From contig CAWCDG010000003.1 in assembly GCA_963794325.1 (NCBI GenBank), forward strand, positions 1 through 64,000: a DNA stretch of 64,000 bases. Direction: 5' to 3'. Shown piece after piece: positions 38,344 through 49,000 of this stretch. This DNA comes from an uncultured delta proteobacterium. Lineage in GTDB: Bacteria > Desulfobacterota > Binatia > Binatales > Binataceae. The first letter of the stretch is position 1, and every line of letters starts with the position of its first letter. Both the position numbers and the translations under genes were made by a program. The notes beneath the pieces were generated by a model. It saw only the letters and a program-made list of their open reading frames with translations. It was not told where the DNA came from and searched no databases.

Positions 38344-39555
38344 CTAGACGAGCACTCCCGCCTCGCTCAATTGTGCGATTTCCGTCTCCGACATTCCCAA
38401 AACGGTCGCCAGCACTTGCTTCGTATGTTCTCCGATTCGCGGTCCCCGCCGAGTTGCGGGAAGGCGGGTGCGACCGAGCGAGAAGCGCGGCCCTTCGATT
38501 TCCGCTTCGCCGAAAACCGGATCGTCAATCTTGTTGAGGTGTCCTGCTTCGAGAAGATCGGCGTCGCGGGCGAGGTCGCTACTCCGGCTAACGACATGAG
38601 CCGGCACTCCCGCGGTTTGAAGGAGATGCTCGATCGCTTCGGCCTCCTGTTCGCGCGTCCAACCGGCGATAACTGCCTCCAGCTTGGCGCGATTGCGCAG
38701 CCGTCCGATGATGGTGTCGAAGTCCGCGTCGCGCAGCTTCCCACCGATCGCTGCGCGAAGTGCGTCCCAATGAGCCGGGGCCGAAGCATCGATCGCGATC
38801 CATCGATCTTCCCCGCTGCACCGGTACACGCCCTGTGGAATCTGCAGGGGCGATCCCGCGACTCCGCGGCGTTCCGGAATCGTTCCGTTCGCCGCGTACT
38901 CGTAATATGCCGGCATCATGAACTGAATTCCCGCTTCCGCTTGCGCGACATCCATATAACATCCCATTCCGCCGCGTGATCGGCGGTGGAGCGCCGCGAG
39001 GATGCTCGCGACGATAAACCTCGGCGTCACCGCGTCGGTCCATGGCCCAAAAGGTCCCGCTGGCTCACGATCGGGCCATCCGATTTGATACGTCGCACCC
39101 GACATCGCCGCACCCATCGTTCCGACGCCACTGGTGCCCTTCGCATACGGTCCGGTCTGTCCGAGCAGGCTCGTCGACGCCATGATGATCCGCTCGTTTC
39201 TTTGCCTTAGATCCGAATAGCAGAGATGAAGCGTCTCCAGCACGCCGGGTGTGAAGCTTTCCAGCACGATATCCGCCCATTGAGTAAGCCGGAGCACAAT
39301 CTCTCGCCCTTCGGGACGGCGGATGTCGATCGCGATGCATCGTTTTCCCGCATTGAGGTTGTGATAACTCACCGAGCGTTCGGGGCCCATCTTCCCGTCC
39401 TTGAACGGACCGAGCGTGCGAACCGGGTCGATGCGTTTCGAGCTCTCGACCTTGATCACATCGGCGCCCATATCGGCCAGGTAGCGTCCGCTGGCCGGTC
39501 CAACCATGACCCAGCTCAAATCGAGCACATGCACGCCCGCTAGCGGTGCTGCCAT
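38344..39555 (-). CDS. Family III (CaiB/BaiF) CoA-transferase
   Basis: VLDLSWVMVGP, GADVIKVE, NAGKR, catalytic-position Asp in PWTD. Confidence 0.92.
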   Translation of the reverse strand: MAAPLAGVHVLDLSWVMVGPASGRYLADMGADVIKVESSKRIDPVRTLGPFKDGKMGPERSVSYHNLNAGKRCIAIDIRRPEGREIVLRLTQWADIVLESFTPGVLETLHLCYSDLRQRNERIIMASTSLLGQTGPYAKGTSGVGTMGAAMSGATYQIGWPDREPAGPFGPWTDAVTPRFIVASILAALHRRSRGGMGCYMDVAQAEAGIQFMMPAYYEYAANGTIPERRGVAGSPLQIPQGVYRCSGEDRWIAIDASAPAHWDALRAAIGGKLRDADFDTIIGRLRNRAKLEAVIAGWTREQEAEAIEHLLQTAGVPAHVVSRSSDLARDADLLEAGHLNKIDDPVFGEAEIEGPRFSLGRTRLPATRRGPRIGEHTKQVLATVLGMSETEIAQLSEAGVLV

Positions 39556-39556
39556 C

Positions 39557-40801
39557 TCAGACTGCTCCTGCGACGAACAGCGCCTGGATCTCAGTTTTGG
39601 AAAGACCGAGTTCCGCTTCGAGGATCTCGGCGGAGTGTTCGGACAATTTCGGCGCGGGCCGTTTTATCTCGATCGAGTAGTTCGAGAATTGTGCAAATCG
39701 CGCAGGCGTATCGATTTCGCGGCCCGCCTCGATATTCACCGGCACAAAGAGTCCACGCTCGCGGTACTGCTCATAGCTGGCGACGTCCGCCATGTTCATC
39801 ACGGGCGCCGCCAGTAATCCAAGACGCCGCGAGAATTCTGCGATCTCAGCCTTGCTCTTGGACCGCGCGAGCGACTTGAGTCCGTCAACCAGCGCTTTCA
39901 GATCCGACGGTGAGGTTTTTCGCGCCGGCAGGTCGCCGATGAACGACGGCCAGCTTATCTCGGCGATTCGCCGATCCATGTGCCCCTCTTCAGAGGCCCA
40001 CGTCGCGAGCCGTTGCGTCATCTGCCCGAACACTGGACCGAAGCCTATCGTGATCAACGCGAACCCGTCCGCGCACTCGTAAACACTCGGCACTGGCACG
40101 CCCGCGATCACCATCGCGCCTTGCGTGCGTCTGGCTTCTGGATTGCCCGAGCCTGGAACAAGAGCCTGTCCGAATGCGGCCATCATCGCTGCGATCCTGG
40201 CCGACACCTCGGCGTGCTGTCCCGTCCCGTCGCGGTCGCGTGCGATGAGTGCCGCGAGCGTCGCGATCGCCGCATCGGCGCCCGCCTCCATCATCGCTTG
40301 CGGCACTGGGAAAAAGAGCGGTGGACGATCGAGGTCCCCGGTCATCGCCGGCGCGCCGCTTGCCGCCATCACGGTAAAATCGGTCGCCGCGTATTCGCTC
40401 TTGGAGTTGTTGGGCGTGAATGGAGTGATCGTGCATCGGATCGTGCGCGGCGCGAACTCAACCGAGTCGAGCAACGACTTTCTGCCCTCGCCCGACGCTT
40501 CGAGCACCATGTCAAATTTTCTGGCGAGGTCTCGGATCAGCGCCTTTCCGTCAGGCGACGCGAGATTAAGAGTAATTCCGCGCTTGTTGTAATTGAGCGC
40601 TTGCCAGGTGAGGCTCCGTTCGATTCCGGGAATGTCGCCGAGAAATGGAGCAAGCCGCCGTCCCGGCGATCCCGCAGGGGGCTCGACTGCGACGACATCC
40701 GCGCCCAGGTCCGCAAGGATTCTTCCCGCCATCATGGTCTCAGGCGCGGAGATTTCCAGCACGCGAACGTCATCGAGCATGAGGGCGGCTCCCGCTGTCA
40801 A
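39557..40801 (-). CDS. Family III CoA-transferase paralog, apparently lacking the catalytic Asp
   Basis: LADLGADVVAVEPP, NKRG; PVPQAMM at the Asp position. Confidence 0.88.
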   Translation of the reverse strand: MTAGAALMLDDVRVLEISAPETMMAGRILADLGADVVAVEPPAGSPGRRLAPFLGDIPGIERSLTWQALNYNKRGITLNLASPDGKALIRDLARKFDMVLEASGEGRKSLLDSVEFAPRTIRCTITPFTPNNSKSEYAATDFTVMAASGAPAMTGDLDRPPLFFPVPQAMMEAGADAAIATLAALIARDRDGTGQHAEVSARIAAMMAAFGQALVPGSGNPEARRTQGAMVIAGVPVPSVYECADGFALITIGFGPVFGQMTQRLATWASEEGHMDRRIAEISWPSFIGDLPARKTSPSDLKALVDGLKSLARSKSKAEIAEFSRRLGLLAAPVMNMADVASYEQYRERGLFVPVNIEAGREIDTPARFAQFSNYSIEIKRPAPKLSEHSAEILEAELGLSKTEIQALFVAGAV

Positions 40802-40916
40802 TTGCGGCGCGATGCGCAGGACTCGTCATCGGGCCGAAACATACATACATGCTGGTCACCATGCAAAATTGACGCAGACGAAAGTTTAGTCCTATCGTCT
40901 CCAGCGGGAGGCTATC

Positions 40917-41339
40917 ATGCCCAACCGCACGGCCGTTCATCCCGAACTCTACTCGCCAGGCTCCGCCGATAATCCGTCCCTGAGCGGCGGCAAATGCCGC
41001 GTGTGCGGCTATGTCTTCTTTCCTCCGCAGCGCTATGGATGCGAATCCTGCGGTGCGCAGCCCGACCAGCTCGAGCCAGTTCAATTGGCCGGACGCGGCA
41101 CGCTTCATTCATACGCAACTGTTCATCTGCATATGGGCAAGGACATCGAGGCTCCTTTCACGATCGGCCTGATCGTCCTCGATGACGGCCCTGCGGTTCG
41201 ATCCACGCTTACCAACCGCACAGACGCAGGCCTCGCCATCGGCGACCGCATGAAGAGCGTACTCGTTGCGGCTGGCACCGATGAGCAAGGCAAAGAGATG
41301 GTCGAGCTGCGCTTCGCCAAGGCAGAGGCAGACAAGTGA
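40917..41339 (+). CDS. DUF35 Zn-ribbon/OB-fold protein
   Basis: CRVCG...CESCG plus OB fold; overlaps the thiolase start. Confidence 0.9.
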   Translation: MPNRTAVHPELYSPGSADNPSLSGGKCRVCGYVFFPPQRYGCESCGAQPDQLEPVQLAGRGTLHSYATVHLHMGKDIEAPFTIGLIVLDDGPAVRSTLTNRTDAGLAIGDRMKSVLVAAGTDEQGKEMVELRFAKAEADK

Positions 41340-42487
41340 AAAAGAAACTTCGTGATATGCGTCCGGTTCATGTGGTCGGCGTCGGTCTGCATCGATATCA
41401 GCGCCTCAGCGAGACTCCATACGTGACGCTCGGTCTTACCGCGGTACGGGAGGCTCTTGCGGATGCTGCACTTGAATGGCGATCGGTCGAGTCGGCCTAC
41501 ACCGGCACGGCGCTAATCGGGATGGCGGCGTCGCGGCCGATGCTGCGTCACCTCGGCGCGACCGGAATTCCGATGGCCCAGGTTGAGAACGCGTCCGCTT
41601 CGGGATCGACGGCATTTCGCCAGGCGTGCATCGATGTCGCCAGCGGCCTGACTGATGTTTCGCTCGCGTTGGGAGTGGACAAACCGGGTCCCGTCGCGAT
41701 GGCGCCGGGTAAGACCCGGATGCGCGACCTGGTCGGTTCACGCGTGGTGCCGTTCACGCACTTCGCGCTGCTCACGCAGGAGTACATGACGCGCTTCGGC
41801 GTGAGCGCAGAACAAATCGCCCAGGTCGCCGTCAAGAACAACCGCAACGGCGCGAATAATCCGTACGCGCAGCGCCAAAAGGCTGTGACTCTGGAGGAGG
41901 TGATGGCCGGCCCGGCTATTTCTGGGTCGCTGACGCGCCTTCAATGCTGCCCCGTCGGCGAGGGCGCAGCCGCAGTGATCGTCGCCTCAGACGATGCGAT
42001 CGCGCAACTCGGAATCGATCGCAGTCGCGCGGTAAAAGTCATCGCGTCGGTCACAAGAACGGAGCAGGTCTACCGCGGAGCCAAGAATTTTGACGCGGAG
42101 CTGACCCGCGAAACGGTCCAGCAGGCGTTTGACGAGGCCGGCATAGGACCCGCTGACTTGGACCTCATCGAACTTCACGACGCGTTCACGATTGAAGAAC
42201 TGCTGTACCTGGAGGCAATGGGGTTGTGCGCGCCGGGCAAGGCCGCGGCCGCGATCGCCGCGGGCGAGTTCGATATAGGCGGCCGCTGCGCGGTAAGCGC
42301 GTCAGGAGGACTGCTCGCGATGGGCCATCCGATCGGACCGACAGGGGCCGGACAGATCGCCGAGATGACGCGCCAATTGCGTGGCGAAGCCGGCGTACGA
42401 CAACAGCCGAACGCGAAGACCGGACTTGCTCACATGGTGGGCGTCGGCGCCGTTTGCGTCGCTCATATTCTTGAGAAGGGCGGGTGA
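41336..42487 (+). CDS. SCP2-type thiolase-family protein with Cys replaced by Ser
   Basis: VENASASG, ELHDAF, GHPIGPTG. Confidence 0.9.
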   Translation: MKKKLRDMRPVHVVGVGLHRYQRLSETPYVTLGLTAVREALADAALEWRSVESAYTGTALIGMAASRPMLRHLGATGIPMAQVENASASGSTAFRQACIDVASGLTDVSLALGVDKPGPVAMAPGKTRMRDLVGSRVVPFTHFALLTQEYMTRFGVSAEQIAQVAVKNNRNGANNPYAQRQKAVTLEEVMAGPAISGSLTRLQCCPVGEGAAAVIVASDDAIAQLGIDRSRAVKVIASVTRTEQVYRGAKNFDAELTRETVQQAFDEAGIGPADLDLIELHDAFTIEELLYLEAMGLCAPGKAAAAIAAGEFDIGGRCAVSASGGLLAMGHPIGPTGAGQIAEMTRQLRGEAGVRQQPNAKTGLAHMVGVGAVCVAHILEKGG

Positions 42488-42571
42488 ACAGCCTTCGAGA
42501 AGCGTTTCGGTGAAGAAAGGAGTTCGCATCTGACTGCGTCCTCCGCCTGTCCGTCGAGCGGCACCTGATCG

Positions 42572-43960
42572 TCAGGGCCGATAGTTTGCTAAAAACCGTA
42601 CTGCTCGAATTCCCGGAACAAAAAAGTAGCCGCCCCCTTTCATCACAACAAATTGCGGAAGTCGGCGAAGATGACGGTTGATCGGCTTTGCTTGAATTGT
42701 GAATTCTCCACTGTTGGAACTATCGCCGACCAGCGGATCCCTATCGTTATCCAGCCCATTGAAGGACGGATCGTTAATCCATTGTTGCTGAACGAATTCG
42801 TACTGACGCCGGAGGTCAGCATTGAGCACTATAAAATACAGGCCTTGCTCGTTTTTGGGATTGTCTTTGGCTGAGCCCTTGGTTGGCGATGAAAACTTTC
42901 GTCCTCGCCGGATCAGGCGATGGCGCCTGGATATCAGAATTGATCTCGATGGCGGCATATCCAGCGAATCGCGCGGATTGGCACGTCGAATATGTGAACC
43001 GATCGGACACACCGTGCCGTCGGGATCGGTCTCCATGAAAAGAAAATCGTTGCGAGGTTCCGAGCCGGGCGCATCGGGCGATAACACCAGCGGAGCGCCG
43101 CTTCGCCATCGGCCAACTATTTTCGCGGCATTGAGCTCGCGCTGCTCCCGGGTAGCGGCGCTGTTGTCGATGTAGTTCCGGAATTCGTCAACCTTCTGAA
43201 TCAATTTCCGAAAAACCAGGTAAGTGCCGTTCAGTCCAAACGCACGTTTGCCGGGTCTCGAAGGATGATCGGCTAAATCGCCCAACGGATCAGCCCAACT
43301 CGCGATACTTGGAATTTGAGTCAGATGATTCAGCTCGTTCTCATAGCCGAGTACGAACTCTCCGGTACTTATCGGAGATTCGGCTTGTTTCCGTCGCCCC
43401 AGGAGTCCTTGCACGAGAGGCTGCGAAATTCCATCGCGGTAGCCGAAAGGTTCGGTTTCGTCGCCGGGCGGGATGACAGAATCCTGCTCCGCGATCACGC
43501 TCAGTCCTTGGCTAAATTGAGGAGAGCCAGTGACTTGGCCGTGCAACGATTGCAGATACTGATTAGTTGAAGCGTAAAGCATGAGTAGCACGTGCAGGGC
43601 AGGTTGCTTCTGCCGGCCGTACTCCCATTCATCTTCATTTTTATCGCCCAATACCAAGTCAGCGTCACTTCCGTTCATTCCCCTTTCGAACTCATGCGAG
43701 AAGTCTTGGAGATCGGGAACCAATGTTTTGAGTCCCGTCGAACCAAACGCGAGATTGACGCAGACCCCGGCCTTGTTATCGCCCGGATGCCGCGCGTTCG
43801 TGATTCGAGAAACAATGCCGGCTAGCCACTGTCTCGTCGCGTCGGGATCTCTGATCTCGAGAAGCACGAAACGGGAATAGTCCAGGTGGTCATATCCGCT
43901 GGCTACGATTCCCTGGATATCTTCGCGGTTCACCACTCTCGGGGTCGTTACTATGTTCAT
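42572..43960 (-). CDS. DyP-type heme peroxidase
   Basis: DIQG, FGYRDGISQP, GSHIRRANPRD, RRG, GGGYFFVP. Confidence 0.9.
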   Translation of the reverse strand: MNIVTTPRVVNREDIQGIVASGYDHLDYSRFVLLEIRDPDATRQWLAGIVSRITNARHPGDNKAGVCVNLAFGSTGLKTLVPDLQDFSHEFERGMNGSDADLVLGDKNEDEWEYGRQKQPALHVLLMLYASTNQYLQSLHGQVTGSPQFSQGLSVIAEQDSVIPPGDETEPFGYRDGISQPLVQGLLGRRKQAESPISTGEFVLGYENELNHLTQIPSIASWADPLGDLADHPSRPGKRAFGLNGTYLVFRKLIQKVDEFRNYIDNSAATREQRELNAAKIVGRWRSGAPLVLSPDAPGSEPRNDFLFMETDPDGTVCPIGSHIRRANPRDSLDMPPSRSILISRRHRLIRRGRKFSSPTKGSAKDNPKNEQGLYFIVLNADLRRQYEFVQQQWINDPSFNGLDNDRDPLVGDSSNSGEFTIQAKPINRHLRRLPQFVVMKGGGYFFVPGIRAVRFLANYRP

Positions 43961-43962
43961 AG

Positions 43963-45465
43963 CTATACCAAGGCCAATAGACTGCGAACTCGCCGGCGGA
44001 TTGGGCCTATAGCCATTTCGTCGAGGAGTCTGTCGCGAAACTCCACGTACCGCAGCAGATTAACTAAAGAGAAGTTGCGGTAGGCGGAGTAAAATACCGG
44101 CGCGGGCGCATAGTGCTCGGCTGCCTGCGTCTCAAAGCCTTCCAGATCATGGGCGCCGTCCAAGGTGATAAACTTTGTTTCCGGGAAACCGATCGTGTTG
44201 CCCCATACCAGGTTGACACCCCACGCTTCGTCTGAGAAATCGCTCAGATAAGAGGACCAGCTGCCATCATAGTTTGAAAAAAAGATTAGCTGTTGGTCGA
44301 TCAGCGTCCAGCGCGCGAAATGGATCGTACTCATCTGATCCAGTTTGCCAAGTATGAAAAAGTATTTGAACAGTACAGGTCCGAGCCATAGCGCGCGTCT
44401 AAGCACATACATTCTGAACCAGCCGGGCTTGACGGTTGCATAGGTACATATATGGTTCTGACGGCCCAGATCCAGAAGCCTGTATACCGGCGAATGCCAG
44501 GTTGGATCGAACAGTCCCGGACTCCGTTCCTCCCCATCCTCAAAATATCGCCCAGCAAGATTAATCACGATCCAACGACCGAAGTAGAGTAGTGGTAAGA
44601 GACACAGCAACGTCAGGCCCGCGACCATACCTATCTCGAACAAACTGGTGAGCCCTTTCCACCAACAGTACAAAGGACTCAAGACGATTGGGAACGCGAG
44701 ACACAGCAGTGTCAGGACCGCCATATTCATACCGAGTAGATGCCTGAGCCCGTTCTGCGTGACCGGAAATCGAATAGGCTTCTCCGGCGCCTTCGTTTTG
44801 AAATGCTCGATAAGACTGGATGCCAGCTTTTTCGGGTCGCTGCTCTTGTTCGATGGGTTATCGATGAAGTCCTTTGCTTCATCGTAAACGGCTATCGCGT
44901 TTCTTATATCCTTGAGCGATCGACCCGGTAACGCGACGTAGTAAGCGTAGGTATCTATTGAGGAATGCGGTCCGTTCCGATACTTGGCGAGCAAAAAAGC
45001 TTCGACCGACGGCGCGTCAGATCCTTTAGGCGGATAACCTGGAAAGTAGCTATAAACCTCATCGAGTTCCTGTCGGCAGTTGGCGACCAGGTCTTTGAGA
45101 TGATCCTCGAGGTTTCCGTCGTAGTTCGTTTCGAACGCAAGCTTCGCTGGTCCAGCAGGCTGTTTCGGATCAGGATTGTTAATTCCAGGGAGGATCATCC
45201 ACGCGGCGTAATGCACAGTCGCGGTGTTGTTAAACGAGACGTTTTGATTTCCATTGAGTCTGGTACGAATGTCTTCCAGCGTCTGAGATAGAGCGTCCTT
45301 CTTAGCTGGTTCGATATCCGTCAAAATCAGCATCCCGCTCTGCTGCACATAACCCGGTCGAAGACCGAGAAAGGATAGCTTGGACGCAAGAATATCGCCG
45401 GGACGTCGAAGAACGAGGGAGACAAGGAAACTGCCGACCTGACCTATACGATCGCGAAGAGTCAT
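43963..45465 (-). CDS. DyP-associated protein with duplicated NYDG domains and a central TM hairpin
   Basis: VHYAAW...FETNYDG and IHFARW...FSNYDG; two central hydrophobic helices; 2 bp from dyp. Confidence 0.8.
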   Translation of the reverse strand: MTLRDRIGQVGSFLVSLVLRRPGDILASKLSFLGLRPGYVQQSGMLILTDIEPAKKDALSQTLEDIRTRLNGNQNVSFNNTATVHYAAWMILPGINNPDPKQPAGPAKLAFETNYDGNLEDHLKDLVANCRQELDEVYSYFPGYPPKGSDAPSVEAFLLAKYRNGPHSSIDTYAYYVALPGRSLKDIRNAIAVYDEAKDFIDNPSNKSSDPKKLASSLIEHFKTKAPEKPIRFPVTQNGLRHLLGMNMAVLTLLCLAFPIVLSPLYCWWKGLTSLFEIGMVAGLTLLCLLPLLYFGRWIVINLAGRYFEDGEERSPGLFDPTWHSPVYRLLDLGRQNHICTYATVKPGWFRMYVLRRALWLGPVLFKYFFILGKLDQMSTIHFARWTLIDQQLIFFSNYDGSWSSYLSDFSDEAWGVNLVWGNTIGFPETKFITLDGAHDLEGFETQAAEHYAPAPVFYSAYRNFSLVNLLRYVEFRDRLLDEMAIGPIRRRVRSLLALV

Positions 45466-45484
45466 GGATCAGTTCCCCTGATTT

Positions 45485-45973
45485 CTAGCGAACGTCATAC
45501 ACCACTGAGTGTTGAGACGCCTTATACGCTCCTAAGACAATGAGCACACCGGGAAGAAATGACGTTGCGCCGCTCACTCCCACCAATACTATGTTTAGCC
45601 AGTTGAGAGGGAATGGTATGGCCATCGTCTGATGCCATTGATTCAGTGTCGCGTCGGGAGGATGGTGTGCGAAACCAGCAAAGAGCACTGCAAGCGCTGC
45701 GATGAATGTGTAACCGCTAATGACAAACGACCAGACAAGCCATGACACTCCCCTTGCGGTCAACTCCAGCAGAGGCAAAGCCATGCTCGCAGCTAGCATG
45801 AATATTCCGGTGACCAATAGGATGGCGTGCCCCTGCCTCAAATACTGGCGAACGGGATCGTTCAGGAAATGGAAAAAAGCTCTCGGAAGTCCAGGATAAG
45901 CGGCAAACATTGTGGAAATCAGTACGAAGACTCCGCCATGAAAAATCAGGCGAATCTGGCTGCGGCGTATCAT
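45485..45973 (-). CDS. Four-TM membrane protein, possibly styrene-oxide-isomerase (StyC)-like
   Basis: Four hydrophobic segments; LIFHG and RQGHAILL..G His motifs. Confidence 0.6.
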   Translation of the reverse strand: MIRRSQIRLIFHGGVFVLISTMFAAYPGLPRAFFHFLNDPVRQYLRQGHAILLVTGIFMLAASMALPLLELTARGVSWLVWSFVISGYTFIAALAVLFAGFAHHPPDATLNQWHQTMAIPFPLNWLNIVLVGVSGATSFLPGVLIVLGAYKASQHSVVYDVR

Positions 45974-46062
45974 CCCCTTTCCCTCCCTTTGAAAAAGACT
46001 GATTGCTAGGCGCGGCGCCAGCTACGGCCGGGCTATGTAAGTGGCAATTCTGTCGAACTACA

Positions 46063-49000
46063 CTAGCTCAAATCCGTGACAAGCTGCCTGGCATCTACGA
46101 TGTCGCGCGTATCGAGTCCCTCGGTGACGCTCTTAAGAAGAGGTTCGACAATTCCCTTCGCTTCGATAGCCTTTCCGCGCGCCAGAAGCAACCTTCCCAA
46201 GCTGGTAGCTGAGCGAATCGCATAAGGTTTCGCTCCGATGTCTATAGCCAGAGAAAGTGCAGTTCGGAAACTCTTCTCAGCCTCGTCCAGCGATGATTTG
46301 TCCAGCCGCAGGATTTGGACGATTCCCTCAGGACCGGCGTTTTTGAGAAGCAGTTCTCCTCTCAACCACCAAAGGTAGGAGAAATTCATAGGTTCCTGCA
46401 GCGCCAGATTGAGCCCTTGCTCTACTGTGGCGATCGCCTCTTCAGGTAATCCAGCGCATAAGAGCGCCTCCGCCAGAAAACCCAGGTAGGTTGCCATTCC
46501 GAGGCGATTGTCCGCCGCTTTAAAGCTCTCGATCGCTGCGCGCAAGCACGCCACGCCTTCTGCACCGCGTTCTTGTTTGGCGATCGCCCAGCCATACACA
46601 ATGCGGCTCGCGTCAAGGTAAAGCTGAATTGAATACTCGGTGGACCATTTGATCGATTTCTCGGAAAATTCCAGCGCTGGTCCTGGGTCCCGCATTAAGG
46701 CATGCAGGTACGCCGCATAGAAGCCGCAGCGTGCGAGCCCGAACGGCTTCTGAAGCCGGTCGCTAAGACTGAGCGCCTCCCGCATCCGACGGCGTGCGGT
46801 GTCGGCCATGCCGAGTTGCCACGCAGTCAGAGCCATGTATTCCAGCACCAGTATGCCGGGATCGTGCGGGTTCTTGCTGTGTTCTTCCTCCTGGTATTCC
46901 GAGTGCGCCTGACCAAGGAGATCCCAGGCTGACTCGAATTGCCCTCGATGGTACTGAACGACACCTGCAATATGATGACCCCAGATTTGTGTCTTCGACT
47001 TGCCGTGACGCTGGCTGGCCGCCAACGCCTGGTCGGCGATGGCCTTGGCGGCGTCAAGCTCTCCGCGCAGCAGGGGCGGCGTGACAAGTCCTGTGAGAGC
47101 GAGAACTACTTGCGTCGGATCGCCGAGCCTTTCGCCCAGATCGGACGCGCGCCGATATGCCGCGGCGGTCCTGGCATCGGCGTAACCCCGCGTCGCCATC
47201 AAGACCGCACCTACACTGAGCTGCAAGCCGAGTTCGAGTTGGTCTCGCTCGCGTGTATCCGCCATCCTTTTGAGTACCTGCAACGCGTCGCGATAGAGAT
47301 CTCCAGTTTCGGTCAGCGCACCTTGCAAGCGAGCCCGTCTGGCGGCCATCGACAAGAGTCGAACTGTTTTCGCACTGTCTGCGACCACACCAGCCTGATG
47401 CAGGTGATGCGCAAGATCGTTGACCCGCTCCTCCAGCGCGCCGGGGTAAACTCGCTCGATCGCTTCGGCGATCTGAAGATGCGATCGCTGACGCCGCGGC
47501 GCAGACATATCCGCGAGCACCGCTTTGCGGATAAGTTCGTGAGAGAACTGGAATCGCGCTTCAGGGAACTGCAGGGTCGAGGAAATCAGACCAGCCTTTT
47601 CTACTTCTTCGACCCGGTCGAGCAGTAGGTCCGGATCCACACCGGTTGCGGCTTCCAGCAGATCGAAGGTGAACGATCGTCCGATCACCGCCGCCGTACC
47701 GAGAATTTTCTGAGTCTCGCCGCCGAGGCGCGCCAGCCGCCGGCCGATTGCCAGCCTTAAACTATGCGGCACATCGACGTCCGCGAGTTTCAGATCGCGA
47801 AGGAACTCGCCGTTGGAATCCGTGAGTTGATCTCGCTCCGCCAGATGGCGATACAACTCTTCAACGAAAAACGGATTGCCCTCCGTGTTGGAGTGGATGA
47901 GGGTCACCAGGGCGGGCGGCGGCTCATGCCCGCTAAGAGCCTGAATCATCTCGGCGACCGCGTCCCTCGGAAGCCCGCGCAAACCGATGCGCTCGGAGAG
48001 GTGGAGGCGAGTCAGTTGGTCGAGTGTTTGCGCCAACGGTCCACCACCCTCAACTTCGTCGTCGCGATAGGTGCCGACGATTACAACCGGCATCTCGCCG
48101 AGTGACCGCGACACGTGGTTCAGCAGCGATAAGGTCCCTTCGTCAGCCCACTGCAGATCCTCCAGAAGCAGAAATACCGGACGCTCGCTTGCGTTACGGG
48201 CCAGGAATTCCCGGAATGCGTTGAACAAGAGCCGCCGCGATTCGCGCGACTGATCTGGTGGAAGCTCCAGGGGCTTGGGGATATCCGGGAACATCCGGCG
48301 GAGCTGGGGCACGAGCCGCGCCAACTCGGCGGCATCATGTCCGAGCGCCGCACGAAACGAGACCGGGCTGGCCGCCTGCGCCAGAGTCTCCAGAATTTCG
48401 ACGAATGGACAGAACGGGACCGAATCCTCTCTGTCGTAACAGCCACCGGCAAGCGTCAAGAAACCTCGCTGCGCAGCTTCTGCGCCGAACTCTTTCGCGA
48501 TGCGAGTCTTGCCCACACCGGGCTGGCCGCCGATCATCAACGCGCGCCCCTGTCCGCGTCGAATACCCTCAAGAGAGCGGCGCATCGCCGCGCGCTCCTC
48601 TTCTCTGCCTACGAACCTGGTTTGATCCTCAAGCTCGCGCAGGAAATCCGTTTCGCTGCGGAGGAGTAGAGGCGCCGTCATCTCATCCGCTTCAACCGTG
48701 TTTTTGATGCCTTCGAGTGAGAATTGCCAGCTGATTGGAGCGTGCGGGTCTGTGATGTAACAGCAGAACAGTCCGGTCCGGACGCTCCGATCGAGCATGG
48801 CTCCGAGCTCGGTTTGCTGTTCGGAGATTTTCTGCAGCGCAGTCTTGATAGCACGAGTGACGTTGAGCCGCGCGCGCTCCGCGGCCGAGCCCGCGCGCCG
48901 GTCGCGCCCACCCATTCCGACCGCGCGTGCCATCTCGCGGTTGAGAAAATCGATTTCAGACTCGATCCGTTCGGCGCGCGCGAGGTCGCCGCGCTCGTGC

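Noticed and set aside
42572-43960. DyP as encapsulin cargo
   Set aside because: No encapsulin gene and no C-terminal targeting peptide
27951-46000. Second integrative element at tRNA-Ser
   Set aside because: No integrase and no duplicated tRNA 3' end were found by eye
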